A stretch of DNA of 64,000 bases from an uncultured Desulfobacter sp. (GCA_963665095.1 OY762069.1:928001-992000), one strand, 5' to 3'. Positions 20,291 through 29,262 are shown, counted from the stretch's first letter. Notes: generated by a model from the letters alone, not told the origin. Translations and numbers: made by a program.

Positions 20291-21736
20291 ATGAGTGGTA
20301 AAACACAGCACCCGGCAGACCTGTGGGCATTATTTCGCTTTTCGGTTATCGGCGGTTTACTGGCACGCCCTCCGGCAAAGGGAGAGTTGCAAAATGAACT
20401 GACCCGGCTCGCAGGTCAAATCTATTCTCATCCTGTGACGAACAAACCGACCTGTTTTCATTTTTCCACAATTGAGGCCTGGTATTACAGGGCAAAAAAT
20501 TGCCAGGACCCAATTCTGGCTCTGGGCCGTAAAGTTCGTTCAGATATGGGCAAATCCACAGCATTGAATGCTGAATTGATCCGCCTTCTTGGTGTCCAGT
20601 ACAACACTTATCCGCAATGGAGCTATCAGCTTCATTGCGACAACCTGGCAGCTGAAATCGCTGAACAGGGCCTGTGTGAGAATCCGCCGTCCTATGCAAG
20701 TGTGAGAAGGCGTATGGTTGAACGGGGTTGGAGAAAAAAGGCTTCCAAGAACAAAAATCAAACATCCGGACAGAAATCAGCTTTTAAGCGATTAGAAACG
20801 TATGAAGTCCGTAGTTATGAAACCGAAAACATCCATGAATTATGGCATCTGGACTTTCACGAATGCAGCAGGCGCGTGGTGGACGAAAAAGGTCAGTGGC
20901 ATACGCCCAAGGCATTGTGCATTCTTGATGATCGCTCCCGTCTGTGTTGTCATATTCAATGGTATTTGAATGAAACGGCAGAGGTTTTGATCCACGGCTT
21001 GTCCCAGGCGTTTTACAAAAGAGGGCTTCCCAGAGCCTTGATGACAGATAATGGTTCTGCCATGATTGCTCATGAAACCGGCAACGGACTTAAACGATTG
21101 GGCGTCAGTCATGAGACCACGTTGCCATACTCGCCCTATCAAAATGGGAAGCAGGAAGCCTTTTGGGGTACACTTGAAGGCCGTTTGATCGCCATGCTGA
21201 GCCGGATGGATTCTTTGACCCTGGTATATTTAAATCAGGTCTCCCAGGCCTGGATCGAGATGGAATACAACAAGTCAACCCATGATGAAATTCATATGTC
21301 GCCATTGCAATGCGCCCTTGACGGCAAGGATGTGTCACGTCCTGCACCGGAACCTGAACAGCTTCAATTTTCGTTTACAGCCTGTGAATCCAGAAAACAG
21401 CGTCTGTCCGATGGTACCATCTCTTTGATGGGCATCCGGTTTGAAATCCCTTCACGGTTTAATCATATCCAGCGTCTTCATGTCTGTTTTTGCTCCTGGG
21501 ATAAATCGGTTGCCTGGCTGATAGATAAACGAACCGGAAATAAGCTTGCCGCAATTTATCCCCAGGACAAGACAAAGAATGCTTCAGCAATCCGTCGTAT
21601 CAAATCCACTCCGGATGAAATTAACCCTGGCCATGAAACCCTGTCCGGATCAGAACCGGCCCTGCTTAAAAAGCTCTTGTCCGATTATGCAGCAACCGGA
21701 ATGCCTTGTGCCTACTTGCCAATGGAGGAAAAGTGA
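20291..21736 (+). CDS. DDE integrase-type (rve, Mu/TnsB-like) transposase
   Basis: ALFRFSVIG, WHLDFH, LDDRSR, RGLP.ALMTDNGSAM, PYSPYQNGKQE. Confidence 0.9.
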   Translation: MSGKTQHPADLWALFRFSVIGGLLARPPAKGELQNELTRLAGQIYSHPVTNKPTCFHFSTIEAWYYRAKNCQDPILALGRKVRSDMGKSTALNAELIRLLGVQYNTYPQWSYQLHCDNLAAEIAEQGLCENPPSYASVRRRMVERGWRKKASKNKNQTSGQKSAFKRLETYEVRSYETENIHELWHLDFHECSRRVVDEKGQWHTPKALCILDDRSRLCCHIQWYLNETAEVLIHGLSQAFYKRGLPRALMTDNGSAMIAHETGNGLKRLGVSHETTLPYSPYQNGKQEAFWGTLEGRLIAMLSRMDSLTLVYLNQVSQAWIEMEYNKSTHDEIHMSPLQCALDGKDVSRPAPEPEQLQFSFTACESRKQRLSDGTISLMGIRFEIPSRFNHIQRLHVCFCSWDKSVAWLIDKRTGNKLAAIYPQDKTKNASAIRRIKSTPDEINPGHETLSGSEPALLKKLLSDYAATGMPCAYLPMEEK

Positions 21737-22560
21737 TGAACAGCAAACGATTATTGGCTTATTATGGATTGAAGTACAATCCTTTTTTACCAAATATTCC
21801 TGTGGACTCATTATGGCATCCACCCCGGATGGAGGCATTTATTACACGCCTTGAAAATATGACCATGAACGGTGGATTTGCATTAATCGCCGGTGAACCC
21901 GGTCTTGGCAAATCCAAGACACTACAGGCGATTGCCCATCAGCTTGGCAAGCTTGATGAAGTCGTTGTCGGCGTTATGGAGCGCCCCCAAAGCAGCGTGG
22001 CCGATTTCTATCGGGAAATGGGGACACTGTTTGGTGTCAATTTGAGTCCGGCCAACCGTTACGGAGGGTTCAAAGATCTGCGGCAACGATGGAAAAATCA
22101 TATTAAAACAACCCTGTTCAGACCCGTCCTGCTCATTGATGAGGCTCAGGAAATGCTTACCGGATGCCTGAATGAGCTTCGGTTGCTCAACAGTATGGAT
22201 TTTGACTCCCAGAATTTATTGACCACCATTATCTGTGGTGATACCCGGCTGCCGGAACGGTTCAGAACCAGTGCATTGGTAGCCCTGGGGAGTCGACTCC
22301 GGTTCCGGTTAAAATTGGATCCTTATACCCGGGAAGAATTGTTGGATTATATAGCGCATTGCCTAAATCAGGCCGGAGCTCCTCAACTCATGACAAAACC
22401 TTTAATCACCGCTTTGGTAGAGCACTGTACAGGAAACTTACGGGTCCTCAATAATATGTCGGCAGAACTGCTTGAAGTGGGCGTTCAAAGAGAGCTGCCG
22501 CAACTGGATGAGAAACTTTTCATAGAGCTTTTTTCACTGAAACCGTCGCCAACCAGATAA
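21736..22560 (+). CDS. ExeA-like AAA ATPase (MuB/TnsC-like partner)
   Basis: YGLKYNPF; Walker A GEPGLGKS; Walker B LLIDEAQ. Confidence 0.88.
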   Translation: MNSKRLLAYYGLKYNPFLPNIPVDSLWHPPRMEAFITRLENMTMNGGFALIAGEPGLGKSKTLQAIAHQLGKLDEVVVGVMERPQSSVADFYREMGTLFGVNLSPANRYGGFKDLRQRWKNHIKTTLFRPVLLIDEAQEMLTGCLNELRLLNSMDFDSQNLLTTIICGDTRLPERFRTSALVALGSRLRFRLKLDPYTREELLDYIAHCLNQAGAPQLMTKPLITALVEHCTGNLRVLNNMSAELLEVGVQRELPQLDEKLFIELFSLKPSPTR

Positions 22561-22571
22561 GAGGTATAAAA

Positions 22572-22814
22572 ATGACAATCAATGAAACACAACTTGAAAA
22601 AACAATGGCTGAAATTGTCGACGAGCTGGGCAATCTGGTCATGGAGTTGATCCTTGTCAGTTTAAAAAAAATAAACTCGGAAAATCATCTTTTGACAGAA
22701 TTGCTGGAGATCAAACAAGAGGAACAAAGAGAAAATGAATTTTATGGTTTTGGTGAAACGGAGCCGGGACATCCTGGGGAGGAAACCCGGCAAGGGATAG
22801 CCAAAAGCAGGTAG
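22572..22814 (+). CDS. Small hypothetical protein inside the transposon
   Basis: GAGG RBS; 80 aa; 3' end overlaps the conserved structured element. Confidence 0.45.
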   Translation: MTINETQLEKTMAEIVDELGNLVMELILVSLKKINSENHLLTELLEIKQEEQRENEFYGFGETEPGHPGEETRQGIAKSR

Positions 22815-22933
22815 CATTGAATAATGCGCCGGGGGAAGCGGGGTTGACCTGCTTCCCCTTTCTGTATTATTCAAGCTTTCCTGCTCATGCCTTAAAAAAC
22901 CCAATAAAATCAGTCGGAGCGCAGCGACATCTG
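22752..22933. ncRNA. Candidate structured RNA/DNA element, copy 1
   Basis: Closely similar to 37533-37707, with compensatory changes in the hairpins. Confidence 0.5.
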
Positions 22934-23645
22934 CTAATCATTGAAAATACAGTTATGCCTTTCCCTGATTTATCCTGATTGTCGCTCCATTGATTATCGT
23001 GCTTCCTCTCAGCAGAGATGTATGCCCTGGAATTGCCCCACCTATACCCTCTGCCGTCAGAACCCTATGATATCGGTGTGGTAAAGCAGGTACGGGCTTC
23101 AAGACAGTACAGGGTAGTCATCGATACAAATGCTTACACAGTACCCGCCCAGCTGGCAGGGGTGGCTTTGACTGCCAAGCTTTACCCTGATCGGATCTGC
23201 TTTTACCATGAAGACAAGTTGGTTGCCCGCCATGTCAGATCCTATGGCCGCAAAAACGACCTTGAAGATCCTGATCACTCTAAAATCCTTTTGAGCCAGC
23301 GCAAAAAGGCCAGAGACCAGGCAATTTATATGCGTTTTTTAAGCCTCTCTGACAAGGCCCGGGAGTATTACAGGCAATTGCAGAACAGGCGGCTTAACGC
23401 CTCCCATCATGTACGGCAAATCGTGGCCTTGAGTGAAATCTACTCCCGGGAACAAGTTGCCATGGCCATTGAAGATGCCTTTAAGTTCTCTGCATTCTCA
23501 TGTGAATACATCGCCAACCTCCTTGAGCAGCGGGTTCGGTCTCCCCAGGAGCCCGGAGCCCTGCATGTTACACATAAAGCAGATTTACTGAACCTGACAA
23601 TCCAGGAGCCTGATCTTAATATTTATACCGCCATAGGAGATAAAA

Positions 23646-24380
23646 ATGCCTGATCTTGAGAAATGCCTGTCCCACTTAAAACTACCTTATATCAGGGAAA
23701 ACTATGAGTCAGTGGCTACCCTGGCTGCCCAGAAGCAATGGAGCCACGTTCAATATCTATCAGAGCTTGCCAGGCATGAATCACTACTGCGCCATGATAA
23801 AACCATCCAGCGCCGTATCCGTATGGCCAAGTTCCCGGTAATCAAAACCCTGGACCAGTTCAACTGGTCATGGCCCAGAAAAATCAATCAGGCTCAGATC
23901 CAGAATCTGTTCAGACTCAAGTTCATTGAAGAAAAGGGTAACATTATCGTGATCGGCCCGGTCGGTGTTGGGAAAACACATATTGCGACTGCTTTAGGTT
24001 ACCAGGCCTGCCTGAAAAACCATACGGTTCTGTTCTCTTCTGCCATTGATATCGTCAACAATCTGGTGGCAGCCCAGAAGGCGGGTCAGTTAAAGCAGGA
24101 ACTGAGAAAATACCTCAAGCCAACTTTGTTGATCATGGATGAACTGGGCTACCTGCCCATTGACAAGATTGGGGCAGACCTGTTGTTCCAAATTATCAGT
24201 CAGCGCTATGAGCAAGGAGCCATCATAATAACCACAAACCGGGTGTTCAAAGATTGGCCGGAGATCTTCAACAATGACATGACATTAACATCAGCTTTGC
24301 TGGACAGGCTTCTTCACCACACCGAGCCTGTGGTCATTGAGGGTAAGAGTTTTAGAATGAAAGATGTGACGGAAGAATAA
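23646..24380 (+). CDS. istB: IS21 helper ATPase IstB
   Basis: GPVGVGKT, LIMDELGY, ALLDRLLHH, IEGKSFR. Confidence 0.95.
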   Translation: MPDLEKCLSHLKLPYIRENYESVATLAAQKQWSHVQYLSELARHESLLRHDKTIQRRIRMAKFPVIKTLDQFNWSWPRKINQAQIQNLFRLKFIEEKGNIIVIGPVGVGKTHIATALGYQACLKNHTVLFSSAIDIVNNLVAAQKAGQLKQELRKYLKPTLLIMDELGYLPIDKIGADLLFQIISQRYEQGAIIITTNRVFKDWPEIFNNDMTLTSALLDRLLHHTEPVVIEGKSFRMKDVTEE

Positions 24381-24620
24381 CAAAGCCGAGGCCGGTCTAC
24401 ATGCATCTGGAGGCCGGCCCTTTAATCGCCTACATTTTTAAACCGGGAGATTTATGACATGTTCACGCCCCGCCTGACAATTATTGCTGAAACAACCGGA
24501 CGGCCCCGCAAGGCTTAGTCTTAGAAATGCTTGAGCCGTATGACGGGAAACTGTCACGTACGGTTCTGAGGGGGCCTGGGGTAGATAACTACCCCCGGCT
24601 ACCCGATCCTAAAAACACCA

Positions 24621-24654
24621 TTGACAATAGTATCAATATTAGTATCATATAGAC
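24621..24654 (+). promoter_or_regulatory. Sigma70-like promoter of the hicAB cassette
   Basis: TTGACA-N16-TATCAT, 6 nt before the ATG. Confidence 0.65.
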
Positions 24655-24915
24655 ATGGGCCAAATAGAAAAGCTATTAAATGAAATTTCCAATAATCCAG
24701 CCAATGTAAAATTTACAGATCTATGCAGGGTCTGTGAACATTATTTTGGAAAGGCTCGTCAATCTGGTAGCAGTCATCGAATATATAAAACCCCGTGGCA
24801 AGGTGACCCTCGGGTAAATATTCAGAACAACAAGGGAAAAGCAAAAGCCTATCAAGTTAAGCAAGTGATCAAGGCTATTGAAAGATTGGAGGTAGGAAGT
24901 GACACTACAAAATGA
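24655..24915 (+). CDS. hicA: HicA-like toxin (cassette gene)
   Basis: GSSHRIYKTPWQGDPRVNIQ...KAYQVKQV. Confidence 0.85.
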   Translation: MGQIEKLLNEISNNPANVKFTDLCRVCEHYFGKARQSGSSHRIYKTPWQGDPRVNIQNNKGKAKAYQVKQVIKAIERLEVGSDTTK

Positions 24916-25228
24916 TCATTATACATATAGGGTTACTTGGTCTCCCGAGGACGAAGAATATATCGGCTTATGCGTGGAATTCCCAAGTTTAAGCTGGCTG
25001 GCCAAATCTCCTGAGTCTGCATTAAAAGGTATTCGTAAGACGGTAGAGTCGGTCATTCAAGACATGAAAGACAATGATGAAAAAATTCCCCAACCAATCG
25101 CTTCAAAAAATTATAGTGGTAAATTTATGGTTCGTGTTCCACCCGAAGTTCATAGAAGTTTAGCGATCCAAGCAGCAGAATCAGGGGTAAGTATAAATAG
25201 GCTCGTTAGTTCTCGTCTCAGTCAATAA
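24899..25228 (+). CDS. hicB: HicB-like antitoxin
   Basis: YIGLCVEFPSLSW...YSGKFMVRVPPEVHR.LA..AAE.GVSIN. Confidence 0.9.
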   Translation: MTLQNDHYTYRVTWSPEDEEYIGLCVEFPSLSWLAKSPESALKGIRKTVESVIQDMKDNDEKIPQPIASKNYSGKFMVRVPPEVHRSLAIQAAESGVSINRLVSSRLSQ

Positions 25229-25462
25229 TATTGGCACAATAGGGATAGGACTCCCCATTACTGAGGAGCCCTCCTACACCACCCGGCATACGGATCTCGT
25301 ACCAAGGCGGTTCGGCTGGTATGAATTAAATCAGTTGTAGGTTATCCCACCGATTTTATCGGGTTTTGGGCAAAGTCTTGCTATAGAAATTTCGGCCACT
25401 GCCGCATTATTCGTAAGCGTTTAAAGGACCCCATCTACAAATCATTAAAATGACATGAGAAG

Positions 25463-25825
25463 ATGAGCCAACTTTTAATGGAGGCCCATCATATGTCAGA
25501 AACAGAGAAGAAAAACCAAAAACTAACCCAGTTCTGGAAGTACCACATTAAACAATGGTCTGAATCGGGTATGTCCCAAAATGCATACTGCAGGCAAAAT
25601 GATTTAAGACCCAATCAATTTACATACTGGAAAATGAAATTCAAAAGCCAGGCACTTGTTCCAGAATTCGTCCAGGTCCCTTCAACGCAGATCAGCCAGG
25701 CGCTAAGCCTTTCTGAACGAAAAGGCTTAGCGTTGAATACAGATAACGGATTTCAGATCGAAATACCGGATGGCTTTTCCCAAACAACCCTGGCCCAGGT
25801 GCTTCAAGTATTGAGGCGGTGCTGA
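25463..25825 (+). CDS. tnpA: IS66 accessory protein TnpA
   Basis: W..HI..W..SG.SQ..YC HTH; first ORF of IS66. Confidence 0.85.
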   Translation: MSQLLMEAHHMSETEKKNQKLTQFWKYHIKQWSESGMSQNAYCRQNDLRPNQFTYWKMKFKSQALVPEFVQVPSTQISQALSLSERKGLALNTDNGFQIEIPDGFSQTTLAQVLQVLRRC

Positions 25826-26178
25826 TGTTTTCTTCCACCCAGAATTTAAAAATTCATATCGCACTTGGAAACACTGATATGCGCAAGGCCATTGATGGGC
25901 TATCCATACTTGTGAGCGAAAAATTAAATTTGGATCCATTTTCGGGACACATGTTTGTATTCTGTAACCGGAAACGGAATATATTGAAAATCCTGTATTG
26001 GGATCGCAATGGATTCTGTCTTTGGCACAAGCGCTTGGAAAAGGATTATTTCCAATGGCCCAAGTCAAAAGAACAGATTTTGACCATCGGAGCAAAAGAG
26101 CTTTCCTGGCTGATGGACGGACTTTCTATTCGTCAGGAAAAAGCACATAAATCATTAAAATATTCGGCTGTTTTTTGA
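25819..26178 (+). CDS. tnpB: IS66 accessory protein TnpB
   Basis: TDMRKAIDGL...FVFCNR...KILYWDRNGFCLWHKRLE. Confidence 0.95.
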   Translation: MLMFSSTQNLKIHIALGNTDMRKAIDGLSILVSEKLNLDPFSGHMFVFCNRKRNILKILYWDRNGFCLWHKRLEKDYFQWPKSKEQILTIGAKELSWLMDGLSIRQEKAHKSLKYSAVF

Positions 26179-26190
26179 TCATAAAAACTG

Positions 26191-27816
26191 GTGAAAACCG
26201 CGTGGTTATGGTATATACAACGCATGAATAAAGAGGCTTTTGCAGACATAAATGACGTTGAGAAATTAAAAGAAATGATGGCTTGTTTTGTCAATGATTT
26301 TTCAGATAGAGAGCACAATTATAAAGCCGAAATCAAAATTCTCAACGAACAGATTAAAAGCCTTCGGGACCAACTTTTTGGTAAAAAGACAGAAAAAATC
26401 CATAAGGATGACGGTCAACTATCCCTTTTCGATACTTTTGAGCCGGAAACTCCCATATTGGACGAACCCGAAGATATCAGCGTGCCTGCCCATAATCGAA
26501 AGAAGCCAGGGTGCAGGCCTTTGCCTGAAAACCTTCCACGGGTTGAAGTGATCCACGATCTGACCGAGGAAGAAAAAATATGTGCCTGTGGCTGCATGAA
26601 ATCCCGTTGCGGCAAAGAAGAATCTGAACAGCTTGAAATTATTCCGGCACAAGTGAGAGTAATCAGAAACATTCGTTATAAATACGCTTGCAAAAACTGC
26701 GAAGGTGTTGACGATGATGGGCCAACAGTGTCCATTGCCAGAATGCCGGAACAAATGATCCCCAAGAGCATCGCAACCCCAGGGCTTTTGGCCCATATCC
26801 TGACAGCCAAATTTGCAGATGCTTTACCCTTCTACCGGCAGGAAAAACAGTTTAACCGAATTGGAGTAGACATCCACAGGTCCAATATGTGCAATTGGGC
26901 TATGAAAGTGGCCCAGGCCTGTGAGATCCTGCTGGAATATATGAGGGATGAAATCCTTAAAGGCCCAGTGATAAATATTGACGAAACAACAGTCCAGGTT
27001 CTTAAAGAACCCAAACGGTCAAAATGCTATATGTGGGTGTTCAAAGGAGGGGCACCGGATAATCCCATTATTCTGTTCCAGTATCACGCAACTCGATCCG
27101 GGGATGTTGCCCGGAATTTTTTGAACGATTATCAAGGTATTGTCCAGACGGATGGCTATGCTGGCTATGACTTTCTTGATCATATCGTGGGAATTATTCA
27201 TATTGCGTGTTGGGTACACGCACGTCGAAAGTTCATGGCTGTGTCCAAAGCTGCCGGAAATAAAAATGGCAACCCGACGGGAATCGCAGGCAAAGCCCTG
27301 AAGTACATCAGCAAGTTATATAAAATAGAGAAAGAGGCCAAAGAACTTGGTTTGTCTGCTGAGGGACTTTACCGGAAAAGACAGGAACTATCCTTGCCTA
27401 TCCTTGATGAATTTAAAAAATGGTTGGATGCTCAAGTTGAAAAGGTACCGCCCAAAAGTCTTCTTGGTAAAGCCATTAACTACACCCTTAATCAATGGCA
27501 TAGATTGGTTCTGTATACGGCAAGTGGTCTGGTAATGCCGGATAATAATGTAGTCGAAAATGCCATAAGACCCTTTGTGGTGGGCAGAAAAAATTGGTTG
27601 TTTTCATGTACACCTGCGGGCGCCGATGCCAGTGCCTGCATTTACAGCCTGATCGAAACAGCCAAGGCCAATGGACTTGAACCTTACTGGTACCTCAAAT
27701 TTCTCTTTGAAAATTTACCGGAAGCCATGACAGAGGACGAATTCAAAGCCTTGATGCCACAAAACGTAGATAAACATTTGCTGGAATCCAACTATACAAC
27801 ACCCCGTCAGGCTTAA
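26191..27816 (+). CDS. tnpC: IS66 transposase TnpC
   Basis: LPFYRQ, IDETT, QTDGYAGY, CWVHARRKF, DNNVVENAIRP. Confidence 0.95.
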   Translation: MKTAWLWYIQRMNKEAFADINDVEKLKEMMACFVNDFSDREHNYKAEIKILNEQIKSLRDQLFGKKTEKIHKDDGQLSLFDTFEPETPILDEPEDISVPAHNRKKPGCRPLPENLPRVEVIHDLTEEEKICACGCMKSRCGKEESEQLEIIPAQVRVIRNIRYKYACKNCEGVDDDGPTVSIARMPEQMIPKSIATPGLLAHILTAKFADALPFYRQEKQFNRIGVDIHRSNMCNWAMKVAQACEILLEYMRDEILKGPVINIDETTVQVLKEPKRSKCYMWVFKGGAPDNPIILFQYHATRSGDVARNFLNDYQGIVQTDGYAGYDFLDHIVGIIHIACWVHARRKFMAVSKAAGNKNGNPTGIAGKALKYISKLYKIEKEAKELGLSAEGLYRKRQELSLPILDEFKKWLDAQVEKVPPKSLLGKAINYTLNQWHRLVLYTASGLVMPDNNVVENAIRPFVVGRKNWLFSCTPAGADASACIYSLIETAKANGLEPYWYLKFLFENLPEAMTEDEFKALMPQNVDKHLLESNYTTPRQA

Positions 27817-28383
27817 AAAGGTGCGGTTGATACACCGCTTACCATTATTCCCATAAAATCCTTCTACTTACTCACCACAACCATTTACCCAAGCCATTCG
27901 GCCCGGGTACCGTTCAGGCCTTCATCGGGGTGAGGCCTCCGGGTGTACTTCTCCCATGCCAGGGAGGCCCGGCTCGTTTCCTCCGACTACTATGCCCTCT
28001 GCTGACTTCTCCCATGCGGTCAGGACCAGTTACCCGGCCCTCAGCCAATCCGGCACATGGGAGATCTCCCGGGGTAAACACGTGTCTTTCAGTACGTGAA
28101 TGCCGGATTTACGGACATACCCTGTAATGGATAGAGGACTTCACCTTGTTGTGCAGGCTCGTCCCGGTATGTGCGCCTTATATCCGATTCCTGTACGTCA
28201 CCCCGTACCTTCGTGGTACCTTGCCTCAGCAAGGCGGCTTCCTCCCGAAGCACCGTCACCGATACCCCGTTGCACTACCACTACGCCCTTCGCCTCCATC
28301 CGGCTGGGCCTAAGACTTGTCAAATGCTTTAAAATTCATTACATTTGACTCACTTTTAAGCTCACGTGCCGTGCCCGGCACAC

Positions 28384-28508
28384 ACAAATCGCTGGAGAGG
28401 GACCAGGCTTACTGCGCGGCCTTTCGGGAGGGCCTGGTTCAGGAAATTTTATCTTTTTATCGGGAGTTTTTGGGTTTAAAAGCCTGGCCCCTCAGCTCCC
28501 CGTTAACT
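28384..28508 (+). other. attC body (R'' begins at 25234; ~130 nt when reconstituted)
   Basis: ACAAATCGCTGGAGAGGGACCAGGC...GCCTGGCCCCTCAGCTCCCC GTTAACT. Confidence 0.85.
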
Positions 28509-28557
28509 CCCCTAAAAAAAACTTGCTCCCAAATCGGAAACGTCTTATATTGATTTT

Positions 28558-28851
28558 ATGAGAGTGATCTCCAGAAAAATGATAAAAGAATTTTGGGAAA
28601 TCCATCCTGATGCAGAACAGCAGCTTCGAGCATGGTATACGAAAACCAAATTGGCCAAGTGGAAGTCACCTTCTGATATTAAAAATGATTACAGAAATGC
28701 GAGTTTTGTCGCTAATAATCGTGTGGTTTTTAATATCAAGGGGAATAATTATCGGTTAATTTCGGCTATCAATTACGAGTTCGGTATTGTTTACATTCGT
28801 TTTGTTGGCACTCACAAGGAATATGATAAAATTGATGCAACATTAATATGA
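28558..28851 (+). CDS. higB: HigB toxin (cassette gene)
   Basis: MRVIS...RVVFNIKGNNYRLI...YIRFVGTHKEYDKI. Confidence 0.92.
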   Translation: MRVISRKMIKEFWEIHPDAEQQLRAWYTKTKLAKWKSPSDIKNDYRNASFVANNRVVFNIKGNNYRLISAINYEFGIVYIRFVGTHKEYDKIDATLI

Positions 28852-28860
28852 GGGCAAACA

Positions 28861-29232
28861 ATGGAAATAAAACCAATTAAAACTGAAAACGACTATCTTA
28901 ACGCATTAAATGAAATTGAAAAAATAATTGATGCAAAGAAAGACACTCCTGAAGGGGATAAACTCGACATCTTGGTTACGCTTGTTGAAGCATATGAAGA
29001 AAATAACTATCCGATTCTCCCTCCTGATCCGGTAGAGGCAATTATACATCAAATGGAAAGCCAGGGGCTATCACGAAAAGATCTTGAGCCTTTAATCGGA
29101 TCAAGAGCCAGAGTGTCTGAAATTTTAAATAGAAAAAGATCCTTGTCGCTCAACATGATAAGAAAACTGCAAAAAGGACTAGGGATATCAGCAGAAATAC
29201 TGGTCACGCCTTATCAACTTGAAGCTTCATGA
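28861..29232 (+). CDS. higA: HigA antitoxin
   Basis: LVEAYE...PDPVEAI...GSRARVSEILNRKRSLSL.MIR.L. Confidence 0.92.
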   Translation: MEIKPIKTENDYLNALNEIEKIIDAKKDTPEGDKLDILVTLVEAYEENNYPILPPDPVEAIIHQMESQGLSRKDLEPLIGSRARVSEILNRKRSLSLNMIRKLQKGLGISAEILVTPYQLEAS

Positions 29233-29246
29233 TTTTGAAAAATATG

Positions 29247-29262
29247 AATTAACACTTAGAAG
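29247..29262 (+). other. Truncated attC (R'' only), apparent end of the array
   Basis: AATTAAC nearly complements GTTAACT at 28502; no hairpin or R' follows. Confidence 0.45.

Larger units (their letters stand above)
19471..23011 (+). mobile_element. Zn-finger + DDE + AAA transposon, copy 1
   Basis: Imperfect terminal inverted repeats TGAGAATGATCAC.../...GTGCTTCCTCTCA; 3-bp target duplication GCA. Confidence 0.88.
18634..23653 (+). pseudogene. istA: IS21 transposase IstA split into 18634-19470 and 23015-23653 by a nested transposon
   Basis: PGEAAQVDW, DNLKSAV, KGRVEN; removing 19471-23011 plus one GCA restores ...GQKPA-EMYALE... in frame. Confidence 0.92.
17584..24479 (+). mobile_element. 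IS21-family element with two upstream passenger genes
   Basis: Ends TGTCAGG...CCTGACA; 5-bp target duplication ATTAT (17579-17583 and 24480-24484); istA and istB present. Confidence 0.9.
16709..24607 (+). mobile_element. CL/IIB-like group II intron with ORF deleted, interrupted by an IS21-family element
   Basis: 5' part nearly identical to the 14207 copy; ORF stub MGKQMTAMAGAP at ~17362; domain V/VI and ACCCGAT at 24534-24607. Confidence 0.85.
25413..27842 (+). mobile_element. IS66-family element, apparently intact
   Basis: Ends GTAAGCG...CGCTTAC; 8-bp target duplication CATTATTC (25405-25412 and 27843-27850). Confidence 0.95.
25239..28383 (-). mobile_element. ORF-less group IIC-attC intron (707 nt net) interrupted by IS66
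   Basis: Nearly identical to 15961-16609; inserted at GCACA|AC of R''. Confidence 0.88.

Noticed and set aside
329..29262. CRISPR array or REP repeats
   Set aside because: The repeats are gene-spaced imperfect palindromes with AAC/GTT cores, i.e. attC sites; no cas genes are present.
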